From Armatimonadota bacterium (GTDB taxonomy: Bacteria; Armatimonadota; Fimbriimonadia; Fimbriimonadales; GBS-DC): a stretch of DNA of 64,000 nucleotides. This document shows, piece by piece, positions 29,638-39,783 of this stretch. Each line of letters begins with the position of its first letter. Positions within the stretch are counted from its first letter, which is position 1. The stretch lies in the NCBI GenBank assembly GCA_037445735.1, contig JBBIJY010000004.1, forward strand, positions 1 to 64,000, written 5' to 3'. Below the pieces are notes generated by a model that made no database searches, was not told the origin of the DNA, and saw only the letters and a list, made by a program, of their open reading frames with translations. Position numbers and translations under genes: made by a program.

Positions 29638-31683
29638 ATGCGAAACGGGCAACTCAGAACCGCGATTGGCAGCGTCATTACCGTCTGGCTGGTCTCAGCG
29701 ATTCTGGCTCAGACGCGCCCTGACATCCTCTGGATGCGTGGCGGACATCGGACCTCCATGGGCAACTGGAACTCCTATGTGACTGATGTTGCTTTCTCAC
29801 CCGATGGGCACTACTATGCTTCGGTCCACAATGAATTCACGGTCAAGATATGGCGCGTGCGCGACGGAATCCTTGTGCGGAGCATCTACTCCAATCGTGC
29901 AACGCCATATAGAGTCGCTTTTTCACCTGACAGCAGATCCATCGCTATTGGTGATGCGTATTCAGGCAATATCCAGATTGTGCGTCTTTGCGATGGGGTC
30001 GTGATACGGACGCTCACAGGGCATACCAATGCGATTCTGTCGCTTGCCTTTTCGCCTGATGGGCAGTATCTTGCCAGCGCCGGATACGATGGTAAAGTGC
30101 GCCTGTGGCGAATGAGTGACGGCATAACCGTCTACACCCTGAACTACTTCAGCCTATCGGTCGCGTTCTCGCCTGATGGGCAAACCCTCGCATGCGGACT
30201 GGCCGACGGGAGTATCCGAATCTTTCGAACCAGTGACGGAACGCTACAACAGACTCTCACGGGACATACAAACAATGTATACGCCGTCGCTTTTTCACCG
30301 AACGGGCAATATCTGGCAAGTGGCAGCCGTGACAATAGTATCAAGCTCTGGAATCTGAGCGATGGCTCTCTGATATACACCTTTACGGGACACTCGGCAG
30401 TGGTCTTCGATGTGGCGTTCTCGCCCGACGGAGCGTACATAGCCAGTGCCAGCGGCGATAACACTGTGAAAGTCTGGCGGGTGAGCAATCGCTCGATCGT
30501 GTATACCATCAACACGCCCGATCAGGTCGGACCTTTTGCGGTTGGCTACACAACCGATGGACAGTCTATTGTGAGTGCAGGTCAATACATCCATTTCTGG
30601 CGTGCCAGTGATGGGGAGCATATGCGTAGCGGTTACGACTTTAATGATGCAGTTTATTCCGTTGCTTTTTCGCCGGATGGGCAGTACTTGGCGACAGGCA
30701 GTGAGGACGGTTCCGTGAAAGTCTGGCATACGCGCGATTCGACGCTGGAACGGGCGCTCGTGCCCTTCAATGGCTTTAATGTTCTTGCCGTAGCGTTCTC
30801 GCCTGATGGACAATATCTGGCGGCGGGCGGCGCATCCAGTGAGGTCAAAGTGTGGCGTACCAGCGACTGGGAGCTGGTAGCCACTCTGGGGTCGCATCTA
30901 TCGGTCTGGTCGCTGGCATTTTCACCCGATGGGCAATATCTCGTCAGCGGCGACGCTTATGCGACCATTCGTTTCTGGCGCGTGAGCGACTGGACTCTGA
31001 CACGCACGCTCACCCATGCGTCGGGAGGGTTCGCGATTTACTCCCTCGCCTTCTCACCTGATGGACAGTACCTTGCCAGTGCCTGCCGCGACACCACTGT
31101 CAAAGTCTGGCGCCTGAGCGATGGAACCAGCCTTTACACGCTCACAGGGCACAATACATCCTATCCGTATACGGTGGCTTTCTCCCCAAACGGTCAGTAC
31201 CTGCTCACAGGTGGCAGCACGAATCTGGCTCGACTCTGGAATGCGAGCAACGGTACCCTTGTACGCCAATTTGTCCACAGCCATGACCCCCTCCAGGTGG
31301 CGTTCACTCCCGATGGACAGTACCTGATAACAGGGGGATACTTCAACCTTAACTACTGGAACATTAATCAGAACAACGCCCCTGTGTATGCGTATACGGA
31401 AGAGATAGGGCACGGCGTGCGTTGCCTCGCTGTTTCATCCGATGGGGAGTGGTTCGCCTACGGTCGATGGGATTCAACTGTCGTGCTGGCGCGCAGCCCC
31501 TTCACGCCCACAACCGAAGGGGATGTGAACGATGACGGTTGCGTGGACGATGCGGACCTGCTGGCGGTGCTGTTCGCCTTCGGCGAGACAGGACTATTGC
31601 TGCCTGAAGACCTGAACGATGACTGTGTGGTGGACGATGCAGACTTGCTGATAGTGTTGTTCAACTTTGGGAGCGGATGTTAG
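29638..31683 (+). CDS. Secreted WD40-repeat protein with a C-terminal dockerin-like module
   Basis: Signal peptide, about 14 AFSPDG-type repeats, GDVNDDGCVDDADLL..DLNDDCVVDDADLL..GSGC. Confidence 0.9.
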   Translation: MRNGQLRTAIGSVITVWLVSAILAQTRPDILWMRGGHRTSMGNWNSYVTDVAFSPDGHYYASVHNEFTVKIWRVRDGILVRSIYSNRATPYRVAFSPDSRSIAIGDAYSGNIQIVRLCDGVVIRTLTGHTNAILSLAFSPDGQYLASAGYDGKVRLWRMSDGITVYTLNYFSLSVAFSPDGQTLACGLADGSIRIFRTSDGTLQQTLTGHTNNVYAVAFSPNGQYLASGSRDNSIKLWNLSDGSLIYTFTGHSAVVFDVAFSPDGAYIASASGDNTVKVWRVSNRSIVYTINTPDQVGPFAVGYTTDGQSIVSAGQYIHFWRASDGEHMRSGYDFNDAVYSVAFSPDGQYLATGSEDGSVKVWHTRDSTLERALVPFNGFNVLAVAFSPDGQYLAAGGASSEVKVWRTSDWELVATLGSHLSVWSLAFSPDGQYLVSGDAYATIRFWRVSDWTLTRTLTHASGGFAIYSLAFSPDGQYLASACRDTTVKVWRLSDGTSLYTLTGHNTSYPYTVAFSPNGQYLLTGGSTNLARLWNASNGTLVRQFVHSHDPLQVAFTPDGQYLITGGYFNLNYWNINQNNAPVYAYTEEIGHGVRCLAVSSDGEWFAYGRWDSTVVLARSPFTPTTEGDVNDDGCVDDADLLAVLFAFGETGLLLPEDLNDDCVVDDADLLIVLFNFGSGC

Positions 31684-31707
31684 GTCATCCTCTTTTGGAG
31701 GCTGGGT

Positions 31708-31796
31708 TCCTCACCCCCGTGCCCCCTCTCTCATGCTGCGGGCAAGGGAGGCTGAATCCCTCTCCCCAGGCGGGGGAGGGTACGGGTGAGGGGGTT
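31708..31796. repeat. REP-like doublet, partly degenerate
   Basis: CCTCACCCCCGTGCCCCCTCTC...CCCTCTCCCC..GGGGGAGGGTACGGGTGAGGGG. Confidence 0.8.
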
Positions 31797-31870
31797 TGGC
31801 ACACCGGCGAATACGATGCCCCTCCATTCAGGAACTCAGGTATAATAGCTCATTGTGGGAAGGAGCCGCG

Positions 31871-32854
31871 ATGGGCTATCGCTGGGGTATTCTGGGCACG
31901 GGTAAGATTGCGCATCGCTTCATGCAGGCTGCGGCGCTGGTGCCCGAAGCGCAGGTGGTGGCGGTCGGATCGCGCGCCGCTGCAACCGCCGAAGCGTTTG
32001 GGGAACACTATCGCATCCCGCGCCGATACGCCTCCTATGACGCCCTGCTGAATGACCCCGAAGTGGAGATTGTGTATATCGCCACGCCGCACACCCTGCA
32101 CGCCGAGAACACGCGCGCCGCGCTGGAGGCGGGCAAGCATGTACTGTGCGAGAAGCCGTTCACGCTGAACGCGCGTCAGGCGGAGCCGCTCGTCGCGCTC
32201 GCCCGCCAGAAGGGGCTGTTCCTGATGGAGGGCATGTGGACGCGCTGCTTCCCGCTCATACGCGAGATTGTCGCTCGCGTGGGGGCTGGCGAGATCGGAG
32301 CTATCCGCATGATTCAGGCGGACTTCGGCTTCCGTGCGCCGTTTAACCCGTCGGGGCGACTGCTGAACCCTGCGCTGGGCGGCGGCGCGCTGCTCGATGT
32401 GGGCGTGTACCCCGTCATGCTGGCGTTCCTGTTTCTGGGCGAGCCTGTGCGCATCCACTCTGCCGCCGCCATCGGCGCAACAGGCGTGGACGAGCAGTGC
32501 GCGATCCTGTTCGAATATGCGGATGGCGCACTCGCGCTACTGGGCGCCGCCATCCAGACCGACACGCCCAAAGAGGCGACGATTTGCGGCACAGACGGGC
32601 GAATCCGTATTCACACGCCGTGGTGGAAGCCGTCGGAGGCGACGCTCACCCGCGCCGACGGCAGCGAGGAGCCAATCCGCCACCCCTACACGGGCGACGG
32701 ACTGCAGTTCGAAATCCGCCATGTGCATGACTGCCTGCGGGCAGGGCGCATCGAGAGCGGCTGGATGCCTCTGGACGAAACGCTCCGCATCCTGCGCGTG
32801 CTGGATACCATTCGCGCCCGGTGGGGGCTGATCTATCCCGACGAGAGGGAGTGA
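31871..32854 (+). CDS. Gfo/Idh/MocA family oxidoreductase
   Basis: WGILGTGKIA, YIATPH, GKHVLCEKP, GGGALLDVGVY. Confidence 0.93.
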   Translation: MGYRWGILGTGKIAHRFMQAAALVPEAQVVAVGSRAAATAEAFGEHYRIPRRYASYDALLNDPEVEIVYIATPHTLHAENTRAALEAGKHVLCEKPFTLNARQAEPLVALARQKGLFLMEGMWTRCFPLIREIVARVGAGEIGAIRMIQADFGFRAPFNPSGRLLNPALGGGALLDVGVYPVMLAFLFLGEPVRIHSAAAIGATGVDEQCAILFEYADGALALLGAAIQTDTPKEATICGTDGRIRIHTPWWKPSEATLTRADGSEEPIRHPYTGDGLQFEIRHVHDCLRAGRIESGWMPLDETLRILRVLDTIRARWGLIYPDERE

Positions 32855-32860
32855 GCGCGT

Positions 32861-34705
32861 ATGAGAGGGAGCGCCTTCGGATGGCTGATTGTGCTGCCCA
32901 TCTTCGCGCTGGCGATAGGGCTGCGACTCTACAGCCTCGATGCTGACCCCGACTGGCGGCTCGACTGGAACCCCGGCCTGCTCACCGATGAGGCGTTCTA
33001 CATGCACAACGCCCGCAATCAGGTGCTGTTCGGGCAGGCGAATCTGGATGAGTTCAACAATGCGGTGCTGAGTCCGCTGGTTCACTGGCTGCATGTGTGG
33101 GTGTTCTCGCATTTTGGGGTGGGCTATGTGCAGGGTCGGCTGGTGTCGGTGGCGCTGGGACTGCTCGGTGTGATGCTGTTTGCCCGTCTGTTATGGATTG
33201 CGTTTCGGGGTGCGGGCGTGGCGCAGCGGGCAGTGCCCTCGGCAGCGGCTCTGGCGTGGCTGGGCGCGGCATGGCTGGCGTATGAGCATCTCTATCTGCT
33301 GTATAACCGCACCGCGTTGCTGGAGACGCCCGCTGCGTTCTTCTGTCTGTTGAGCCTCTGGCTGTTCGCGGAGGCGACGGTCAGCTCGCGGTGGTGGGGC
33401 GCGCTCGTCTGGGGCGGGCTGTCGGGCATAGCGGCATTACTGGCGCTGGCAACCAAGTTGACCACACTGCCGTTCGTGATGGCGCTGATGGCGGTGGCGC
33501 TGCTCACACCGCTTCTGGATCGCGAATCGGCGGCGTCGGGGCGCGTTATCGGGCGGGCGGTGCTGACAGGCATGCTCATAGCCGGTGCGCTCTGGCTCTT
33601 CCTGTGGCTGATGCCCCACTGGGAGACATGGAGCCGCATGCAGGCGTTCTATCTGCGCGTGCAGGGTCGCCCGCACAGCTGGGCGGAGGCGTGGCGGGCG
33701 GTTCAGACCGCGCTGATCGGCGAGCGCTACGGGCTGATGCAGTTCCTGTTCCTGCACGCGCCGCTCGCGTGGCTGGGCAGCCTGCTTATGCTGGTGGGCG
33801 TGGCGCGCTCCGTGCGCCTGCGCGCCGCACTGACGCCGATTGAGTGGGTACTGATTGGCTGGGTCGCGCTGAGCTGGTTGCAGATGGCGCTGATGCGGAT
33901 CGCTCCCACGCGCTACACAGCGGGGTTCATACCCGCAATGGTCGCTTTGCTATGGATTGCGATTGCCCGCTTCGAGCATCTGCGCTGGCTGCTCACCGAT
34001 GCAGGTTTCAAAAGCTGGCTGGCGCGGCTGCTAATTGGCGCGGGTGTGGTCTATTTCCTGCTGTTGCTGGCGTTGCCCGGTGTGGAGTGGCGCACGATGG
34101 AGTTTCCTGTGCTGGACAATCGCCTGCGTGCGCGATTGCTGGTGGTGGCGTTTGTGGCGGCAGGCTGTCTCGCCTGGCTGCTGCCGTGCGTGGCAGGGCG
34201 TTTCGCCCTGCGTGCCTCACCTGCCCTCGCCACGCTCATGATGGTGGTCGGGCTACTGCTGAACACGCCGTGGTACATCAGCTACTTTGCCGGGCGCACC
34301 TATCAGCTCAGGGAGTTCAATCAGCAGTTGACTCGCGCGTTGCCGGAGGGGTCGGTGCTGGTGGGCGTGGCGTTTGAGACGCCGTTCCGCTACTTTTTCG
34401 TGTTTCGCGGGCTGTGCAACGACCGTCAGTCGCCGCAGGCGATGGGCGCCACGCACCTGCTGGTGGTCGGCTCCGAAGAGACGCTGATTCGGTTCTGGAC
34501 ATCGGGTGCTGATCTGAGCCGCTGGTACACGGTGTCGGATCGGGTGGAGCCGGCGGCGCACCCGATGCTGCGCGGGCGCGTGGGACCCTATCGCCTGCTG
34601 GTGTACGAGCTGCCCCGTATCGACGCGCTCGGCTGGCGCGAATCGTCGCTCGTGCCCCGCCCGCGCATGGCGCCCAGCGCGATTCTGAAACCCCCTGCAC
34701 CCTGA
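32861..34705 (+). CDS. GT-C fold glycosyltransferase (ArnT/PMT-like)
   Basis: TDEAFY loop after TM1, many TM segments, ALLE, ATK. Confidence 0.75.
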   Translation: MRGSAFGWLIVLPIFALAIGLRLYSLDADPDWRLDWNPGLLTDEAFYMHNARNQVLFGQANLDEFNNAVLSPLVHWLHVWVFSHFGVGYVQGRLVSVALGLLGVMLFARLLWIAFRGAGVAQRAVPSAAALAWLGAAWLAYEHLYLLYNRTALLETPAAFFCLLSLWLFAEATVSSRWWGALVWGGLSGIAALLALATKLTTLPFVMALMAVALLTPLLDRESAASGRVIGRAVLTGMLIAGALWLFLWLMPHWETWSRMQAFYLRVQGRPHSWAEAWRAVQTALIGERYGLMQFLFLHAPLAWLGSLLMLVGVARSVRLRAALTPIEWVLIGWVALSWLQMALMRIAPTRYTAGFIPAMVALLWIAIARFEHLRWLLTDAGFKSWLARLLIGAGVVYFLLLLALPGVEWRTMEFPVLDNRLRARLLVVAFVAAGCLAWLLPCVAGRFALRASPALATLMMVVGLLLNTPWYISYFAGRTYQLREFNQQLTRALPEGSVLVGVAFETPFRYFFVFRGLCNDRQSPQAMGATHLLVVGSEETLIRFWTSGADLSRWYTVSDRVEPAAHPMLRGRVGPYRLLVYELPRIDALGWRESSLVPRPRMAPSAILKPPAP

Positions 34706-34751
34706 ACAACAGAATCGGGTATACTCTGACGGGTTGCAGCAGGTCGGCACG

Positions 34752-34784
34752 GAGTGGGAGTTCTATAACCCCACTCTTTTCTTT
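34752..34784 (+). promoter_or_regulatory. nusA-operon leader hairpin / attenuator-like element
   Basis: GAGTGGG-loop-CCCACTC then TTTTCTTT, between a TATACT -10 box (~34720) and nusA. Confidence 0.6.
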
Positions 34785-34823
34785 AAAAGACCGAATCCAT
34801 GCTGCGCCGAAGGGGGTATCGGA

Positions 34824-35939
34824 ATGCACTGTGAAGAGATCATCGAGGCTTTACGACAACTGGAGCGGGAGCGCCATATCCCGTTTGAGGAGCTGATGGC
34901 GACCCTTGAAGGAGCGTTCGCCAACGCCTATCGGCGGCAGACGCACCTGCCTTCCAGCGCGCGCGTGCAGGCAAAGTTCAACCCCGCAGCCCCCCACTGC
35001 TTCTGCGTCATCGCAGAAAAAGAGGTGGTTGGTCTCGTAACCGACGAACACACCCAGATCAGCGTCGAAGATGCCCGCAAAATCAAACCCGACGCCGAAG
35101 TTGGCGAGATTATCCAGGTGGAGTTGCCCGTCGAAGAGTTCGGGCGTGTGGCGGTTCAGAACGCGTTTCAACTCCTTGTGCAGCGACTGCGTGAACTGGA
35201 ACGCGAGCATACGGTCAGAGATCTGCTCACCCGCAAAAAAGAGGTCATTCCCGCGCGGGTGGAACGATTTATCGGTCCGAAGGTTCTGCTCTCATACGGA
35301 CGCCTGGAGGTAATCCTGCCCGAAAAGCATCAAAGCCCGCGCGATGTGTATGAGATTGGCGATACCATCAAGGTGTATGTGCTGGAGGTGCGCACGCCGC
35401 CCGCCGAGCCAGGGCGCGAGCCGCGCCTGCGCGATGTGAAGGTCATCGCCTCGCGCACCGACCCGATGCTGGTGGCGCACCTGCTCAAACAGGAGGTGCC
35501 CGAAGTCGCCAGCGGCGATGTGGAGATCAAAGCGATTGCTCGCGAGGCGGGCGAACGCACCAAAATCGCCGTCACCTCCAAAAACCCACTGATTGACCCT
35601 GTGGGCGCGTGTCTCGGCTCGCGCGGCATGCGCATTCAGGCAATCAGCAACGAGCTGTTCAACGAACCCATCGATGTGGTCAAATGGAGTCGCGACCCGG
35701 AGCAGTTCATTCGCGAAGCGCTCAGTCCCGCCCGCGTGAACCGCGTGATTCTCAACGCTGACAAGCGCGAGGCGCTCGTTGTAGTGCCGAACCATCAGAT
35801 GCGTCAGGCGGTGGGGCGTGGTGGCGTGAATGTGCGCCTCGCTGAACAGCTCACCGGCTGGCGGCTCGATGTGCGCTCCGAAGGCGAGATAGCACGCGGC
35901 GAGGTCAACGGCGGTATCCCCTCCGCCCGACGCCCATGA
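34824..35939 (+). CDS. nusA: Transcription termination/antitermination factor NusA
   Basis: EFGRVAVQ, S1 domain, EVPEV, AREAGERTKIAV, DPVGACLG, KH domains. Confidence 0.96.
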   Translation: MHCEEIIEALRQLERERHIPFEELMATLEGAFANAYRRQTHLPSSARVQAKFNPAAPHCFCVIAEKEVVGLVTDEHTQISVEDARKIKPDAEVGEIIQVELPVEEFGRVAVQNAFQLLVQRLRELEREHTVRDLLTRKKEVIPARVERFIGPKVLLSYGRLEVILPEKHQSPRDVYEIGDTIKVYVLEVRTPPAEPGREPRLRDVKVIASRTDPMLVAHLLKQEVPEVASGDVEIKAIAREAGERTKIAVTSKNPLIDPVGACLGSRGMRIQAISNELFNEPIDVVKWSRDPEQFIREALSPARVNRVILNADKREALVVVPNHQMRQAVGRGGVNVRLAEQLTGWRLDVRSEGEIARGEVNGGIPSARRP

Positions 35940-36196
35940 AGCGCGAACCCGTTCGGCGGTGCGCCAGCTGCCGGCGCACCGCCCCCAAAAAGGAACTCCT
36001 CCGTTTCGCCCGCCTGAAAGAGCGCGAGGGCTGGCGCATCGTGCTGGATCAGGCACAGAACCTGCCCGGACGCGGCGCGTACCTGTGCCCCCAGCGCGAA
36101 TGCATTCGTCAGGCGCTCAAAAAGCGCGCTCTGGACAAAGCCCTCCGCGCGCCCGTACCCCGCGAACTGCTGGAACAGCTGATGGCAGACCTCTAA
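35936..36196 (+). CDS. ylxR: YlxR/DUF448 RNA-binding protein
   Basis: PVRRCASCR..KKELLR..GRGAYLC; follows nusA. Confidence 0.92.
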   Translation: MKREPVRRCASCRRTAPKKELLRFARLKEREGWRIVLDQAQNLPGRGAYLCPQRECIRQALKKRALDKALRAPVPRELLEQLMADL

Positions 36197-36264
36197 TGGT
36201 CAGATTCAAAGCAGGAATCCCGTCTCCGCTGGCGAATCGGTCATCTGCCACAGGAGGAATGGGC

Positions 36265-39200
36265 ATGGAAGCCAGGTTCGTTCATCTGCATCTGCACACG
36301 GAGTACAGCCTGCTGGACGGGGCGATTCGAATCCCCGAACTGGTCAAAACGGTCGCGCACTATGAGATGCCCGCCGTGGCAATCTCTGACCACGGCGTGA
36401 TGTACGGCGTGATCGACTTCTACAACGCCTGCACAGAGGCGGGCATTAAACCGATTATCGGCTGCGAACTCTATCTGGCGCCGCGCCGCATGCGCGACCG
36501 CACCCGCCAGGATCAGACCAGCTACCACCTGCTCATGCTGGCAAAAGATGAACGCGGTTATCGCAACCTGCTGCGACTCAGCACGATTGCCCATCTGGAA
36601 GGCTTCTACTACAAGCCGCGCGTGGACAAGGAGGTGCTGCGTCAGCATGCCGAAGGGCTGATTGCCACCTCCTCCTGCCTTGCAGGCGAGATACCCGACG
36701 CCCTGCTCAAGGGCAACTATGAACGCGCCCGCGCCCTCGTGCAGGAATATTGCGAGATTTTCGGACGCGAGAATTTCTATATCGAACTGCAGGATCACGG
36801 TCTGTCTGAACAGCGCACGGTGAACGAGGGACTGCTGAAGCTGGCGGAGGAGTTTCGCCTGCCCCTGCTGGTCACCAACGACGCGCACTATCTTAATCGC
36901 GAGGACGCCGAGATTCACGATGTGCTGCTGTGCGTGCAGACCAACTCGCGCATCGATGATCCGAAGCGGCTCCGATTTGGCACGCAGGAGTTCTATCTCA
37001 AGTCGCCGCAGGAGATGGCAGAGCTGTTTGCCCGCCATCCCGACGCGCTGGCGAACACGCTGGAGGTCGCCGAACGCTGCAATCTGGCTCTGGAGTTCGG
37101 TCGCGCTCAGCTGCCTGCGCCCGACCTGCCGGAAGGCAAGACGCCGATGGCGCACCTGCGCGACCTGTGCTACGATGCCCTGCCGCGCCTTGTGCCCAAC
37201 ACGCCTGACACCTATCTCCAGCGGCTGGAGTACGAGCTGTCGGTCATCGATAAGACGGGCTTCGCGCCCTACTTTTTGATTGTGCGCGACTTCGCCCAGT
37301 TCGCCCGTCAGCAGGGCATCTATTTTGGCGTGCGCGGCTCCGCCGCAGGCAGCCTCGTCTCCTACTGCCTCGGCATCACCGATATCGACCCCATCGAATA
37401 TGACCTCACCTTCGAACGCTTCCTGAACATCGAGCGCATCCAGATGCCCGATATCGACATGGACTTTGAGGACGCGCGACGCGATCTGGTGATCCGTTAT
37501 GTGCGCCAGAAGTACGGGGAGGAGCGCGTGGCGCAGATTATCACCTTCGGCACGCTGGCAGCGAAAGCCGCCCTGCGCGATGTGGGACGCGCCCTGAACA
37601 TCAACAGTGCCCTCATCGACCGCATCACCAGAGCCATCCCCAGTATGCCTGGCATGACCATCGAGCGCGCGCTGAGAGAATCGCCCGAGTTCCGCCAGGA
37701 GTACGAGCGCACGCCCGAAGTGCGGCGGCTGGTCGATCTGGCGCGGCGGCTGGAGGGCATCACGCGCAACGCCAGCGTGCATGCGGCGGGCGTGGTGATT
37801 GCCAGCGAGCCGCTGGTGGAGCGCGTGCCGCTCGCCCGCAGCGCCGACGGCGAACTCATCACTCAGTTCCATATGGGCAATCTGGAGCAGATTGGACTGC
37901 TCAAGATGGACTTTCTGGGACTGATGAACCTCTCCGTGCTGGCGAAAGCCGTGCAGAACATCGAACGCTCGCGCGGCGTTCGCATCAACCTGCGCGAGAT
38001 ACCGTTCAACGATGCGAAAACTTACGAGATGCTGGGGCGCGGCGAGACCACAGGCGTATTCCAGTTAGAGAGCGCGGGTATGCGCCGCTACATCCAGCAA
38101 CTGAAGCCCCAGAATGTGCGCGAACTCGCCGCGATGGTCGCCCTCTATCGCCCCGGACCGATGGAGCATATCCCTACCTACATCGCCCGCAAGCACGGAC
38201 GCGAACCCGTTACCTATCCGCATCCCCTGCTGGAGCCGATTCTCAAGGAGACCTACGGCGTGATTGTGTATCAGGATCAGGTGCTGAAGTGCGTGCAGGC
38301 GCTGGCGGGCTTCTCGCTGGGTAAGGCGGACATCCTGCGCCGTGCGATGGGCAAAAAGAAGCCCGAAGAGATGCGCCGCATGCGCTCCGAGTTCGTCAAA
38401 GGCGCCGCCGAAAGAGGCATCGACGAAGCGGAAGCCAACCGCCTGTTCGATCTGATCGAGCCGTTCGCTGGCTACGCCTTCAACAAGGCGCACGCCGTCT
38501 GCTACGCCCACATCGCCTATCAGACCGCCTACCTGAAGGCGAACTACCCCGTGGAGTATATGGCGGCGCTGATGGCGGTCTACAAGGAGAAGACCGATAA
38601 GATTGCCAGCTGCATCGAGGAGTGCCAGTCGCTGGGGATTGCGGTGCTGCCGCCGGATATTAACCGCAGTGAGGCGGTTTTCACGGTGGAGCCAGTCGAA
38701 TCGGCGCCTGGCTCCTCTCAAGCCTATGCGATTCGTTTCGGGCTGGGCGCGATCAAAAATGTGGGCGAGTCGGCATTAGAGGCGATTCTGCAGGCGCGGG
38801 CGGATGGAGGCGCGTTCGAAGATGTGTTCGACTTCGCTGTGCGGCTGCACGAGCGGGGCGGGCTGAACCGCGCCACTTTAGAAGCGCTCATTCAGGCGGG
38901 CGCTTTCGAATCGCTCCATCCCAATCGCGCTCAGCTGCTCGCCGGGCTGGACACGATTCTCAACTATGCGCAGTCGGTGGCGCGGGCGCGCGCGGCGGGG
39001 CAAAACTCGCTGTTTGAGGGCGGACAGGAGGTGCATATCCCGAAGCCCGCTCTGCCTGCCATCGACGATATGGGCACGCCCGAAAAGCTGGCGCTGGAGC
39101 GGGAGCTGTTAGGGGTCTATCTGTCGGCGCACCCGGTGCGCCCCTACGCCCGCGCGCTGGCGAAGGTCGCCACGCCCATCGCCCACGCCCGCGAGCGCGA

Positions 39201-39741
39201 ATCGGGCGCCTCCGTCACCGTCGGCGGCATCATCACCAGCCTGCGCACGCGCACCACGCGCCAGAGCGGCGCCCGCATGGCGGCGCTCGTGCTGGAAGAC
39301 CTCACAGGCAGCATCCCCGTCACGGTGTTCCCGCAAACTTACGAGGCATGCAAAGGCGCCCTCATCAAAGACCGTGTGGTGCTGGTTCGCGGCAGGCTCC
39401 AATCGCGCGAGAACGGCGACCGCAACGGCAACGGCGAGGGGAACGGGCTGGAGCTGATTGCTGAGCATGTGGAGCTGTTCGAACCGCCCGCTGACGGAGA
39501 GGAGGCGCTGCAGGATGGCGGTTCCTGCCTGCAGATTCGCCTGCGCCGTTGCCAGCCTGACCAGTTGAGCCACCTGCGCCAGTTGCTGGAGCGCCATCCG
39601 GGGGAGGCGATTGTGCGCTTCGGCGTGGGTACAAATGGCACAACACGCTGGGTGCAGGTGCCCCAGCGCGTCGCGCTCACGCCGCAGGTGCTGGACGCCC
39701 TGCGGCAGATGCTACCCGACGCCGAGATTTACGCCTTATAA
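36265..39741 (+). CDS. dnaE: DNA polymerase III alpha subunit
   Basis: PHP domain HLHLHTEYSLLDG, RGSAAGS, MPDIDMDF, YAFNKAH; AGGAGG RBS. Confidence 0.98.
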   Translation: MEARFVHLHLHTEYSLLDGAIRIPELVKTVAHYEMPAVAISDHGVMYGVIDFYNACTEAGIKPIIGCELYLAPRRMRDRTRQDQTSYHLLMLAKDERGYRNLLRLSTIAHLEGFYYKPRVDKEVLRQHAEGLIATSSCLAGEIPDALLKGNYERARALVQEYCEIFGRENFYIELQDHGLSEQRTVNEGLLKLAEEFRLPLLVTNDAHYLNREDAEIHDVLLCVQTNSRIDDPKRLRFGTQEFYLKSPQEMAELFARHPDALANTLEVAERCNLALEFGRAQLPAPDLPEGKTPMAHLRDLCYDALPRLVPNTPDTYLQRLEYELSVIDKTGFAPYFLIVRDFAQFARQQGIYFGVRGSAAGSLVSYCLGITDIDPIEYDLTFERFLNIERIQMPDIDMDFEDARRDLVIRYVRQKYGEERVAQIITFGTLAAKAALRDVGRALNINSALIDRITRAIPSMPGMTIERALRESPEFRQEYERTPEVRRLVDLARRLEGITRNASVHAAGVVIASEPLVERVPLARSADGELITQFHMGNLEQIGLLKMDFLGLMNLSVLAKAVQNIERSRGVRINLREIPFNDAKTYEMLGRGETTGVFQLESAGMRRYIQQLKPQNVRELAAMVALYRPGPMEHIPTYIARKHGREPVTYPHPLLEPILKETYGVIVYQDQVLKCVQALAGFSLGKADILRRAMGKKKPEEMRRMRSEFVKGAAERGIDEAEANRLFDLIEPFAGYAFNKAHAVCYAHIAYQTAYLKANYPVEYMAALMAVYKEKTDKIASCIEECQSLGIAVLPPDINRSEAVFTVEPVESAPGSSQAYAIRFGLGAIKNVGESALEAILQARADGGAFEDVFDFAVRLHERGGLNRATLEALIQAGAFESLHPNRAQLLAGLDTILNYAQSVARARAAGQNSLFEGGQEVHIPKPALPAIDDMGTPEKLALERELLGVYLSAHPVRPYARALAKVATPIAHARERESGASVTVGGIITSLRTRTTRQSGARMAALVLEDLTGSIPVTVFPQTYEACKGALIKDRVVLVRGRLQSRENGDRNGNGEGNGLELIAEHVELFEPPADGEEALQDGGSCLQIRLRRCQPDQLSHLRQLLERHPGEAIVRFGVGTNGTTRWVQVPQRVALTPQVLDALRQMLPDAEIYAL

Positions 39742-39783
39742 GCCCTGCGACGACAGGCGACGGGTATAGTGAAGGGCAGGGCG

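Noticed and set aside
29780-31480. WD40 DNA repeats as a CRISPR or DGR-like element
   Set aside because: Divergent protein-level repeats within one ORF, with no reverse transcriptase or template repeat.
36241-37872. Long antisense ORFs (also 17068..18780, 54666..56336, 3592..4848, 1566..2723, 60624..61787)
   Set aside because: Shadow frames of well-supported high-GC genes on the opposite strand.
36265-39741. Intein in dnaE
   Set aside because: Normal length with continuous motifs, and no C...HN splice junctions.
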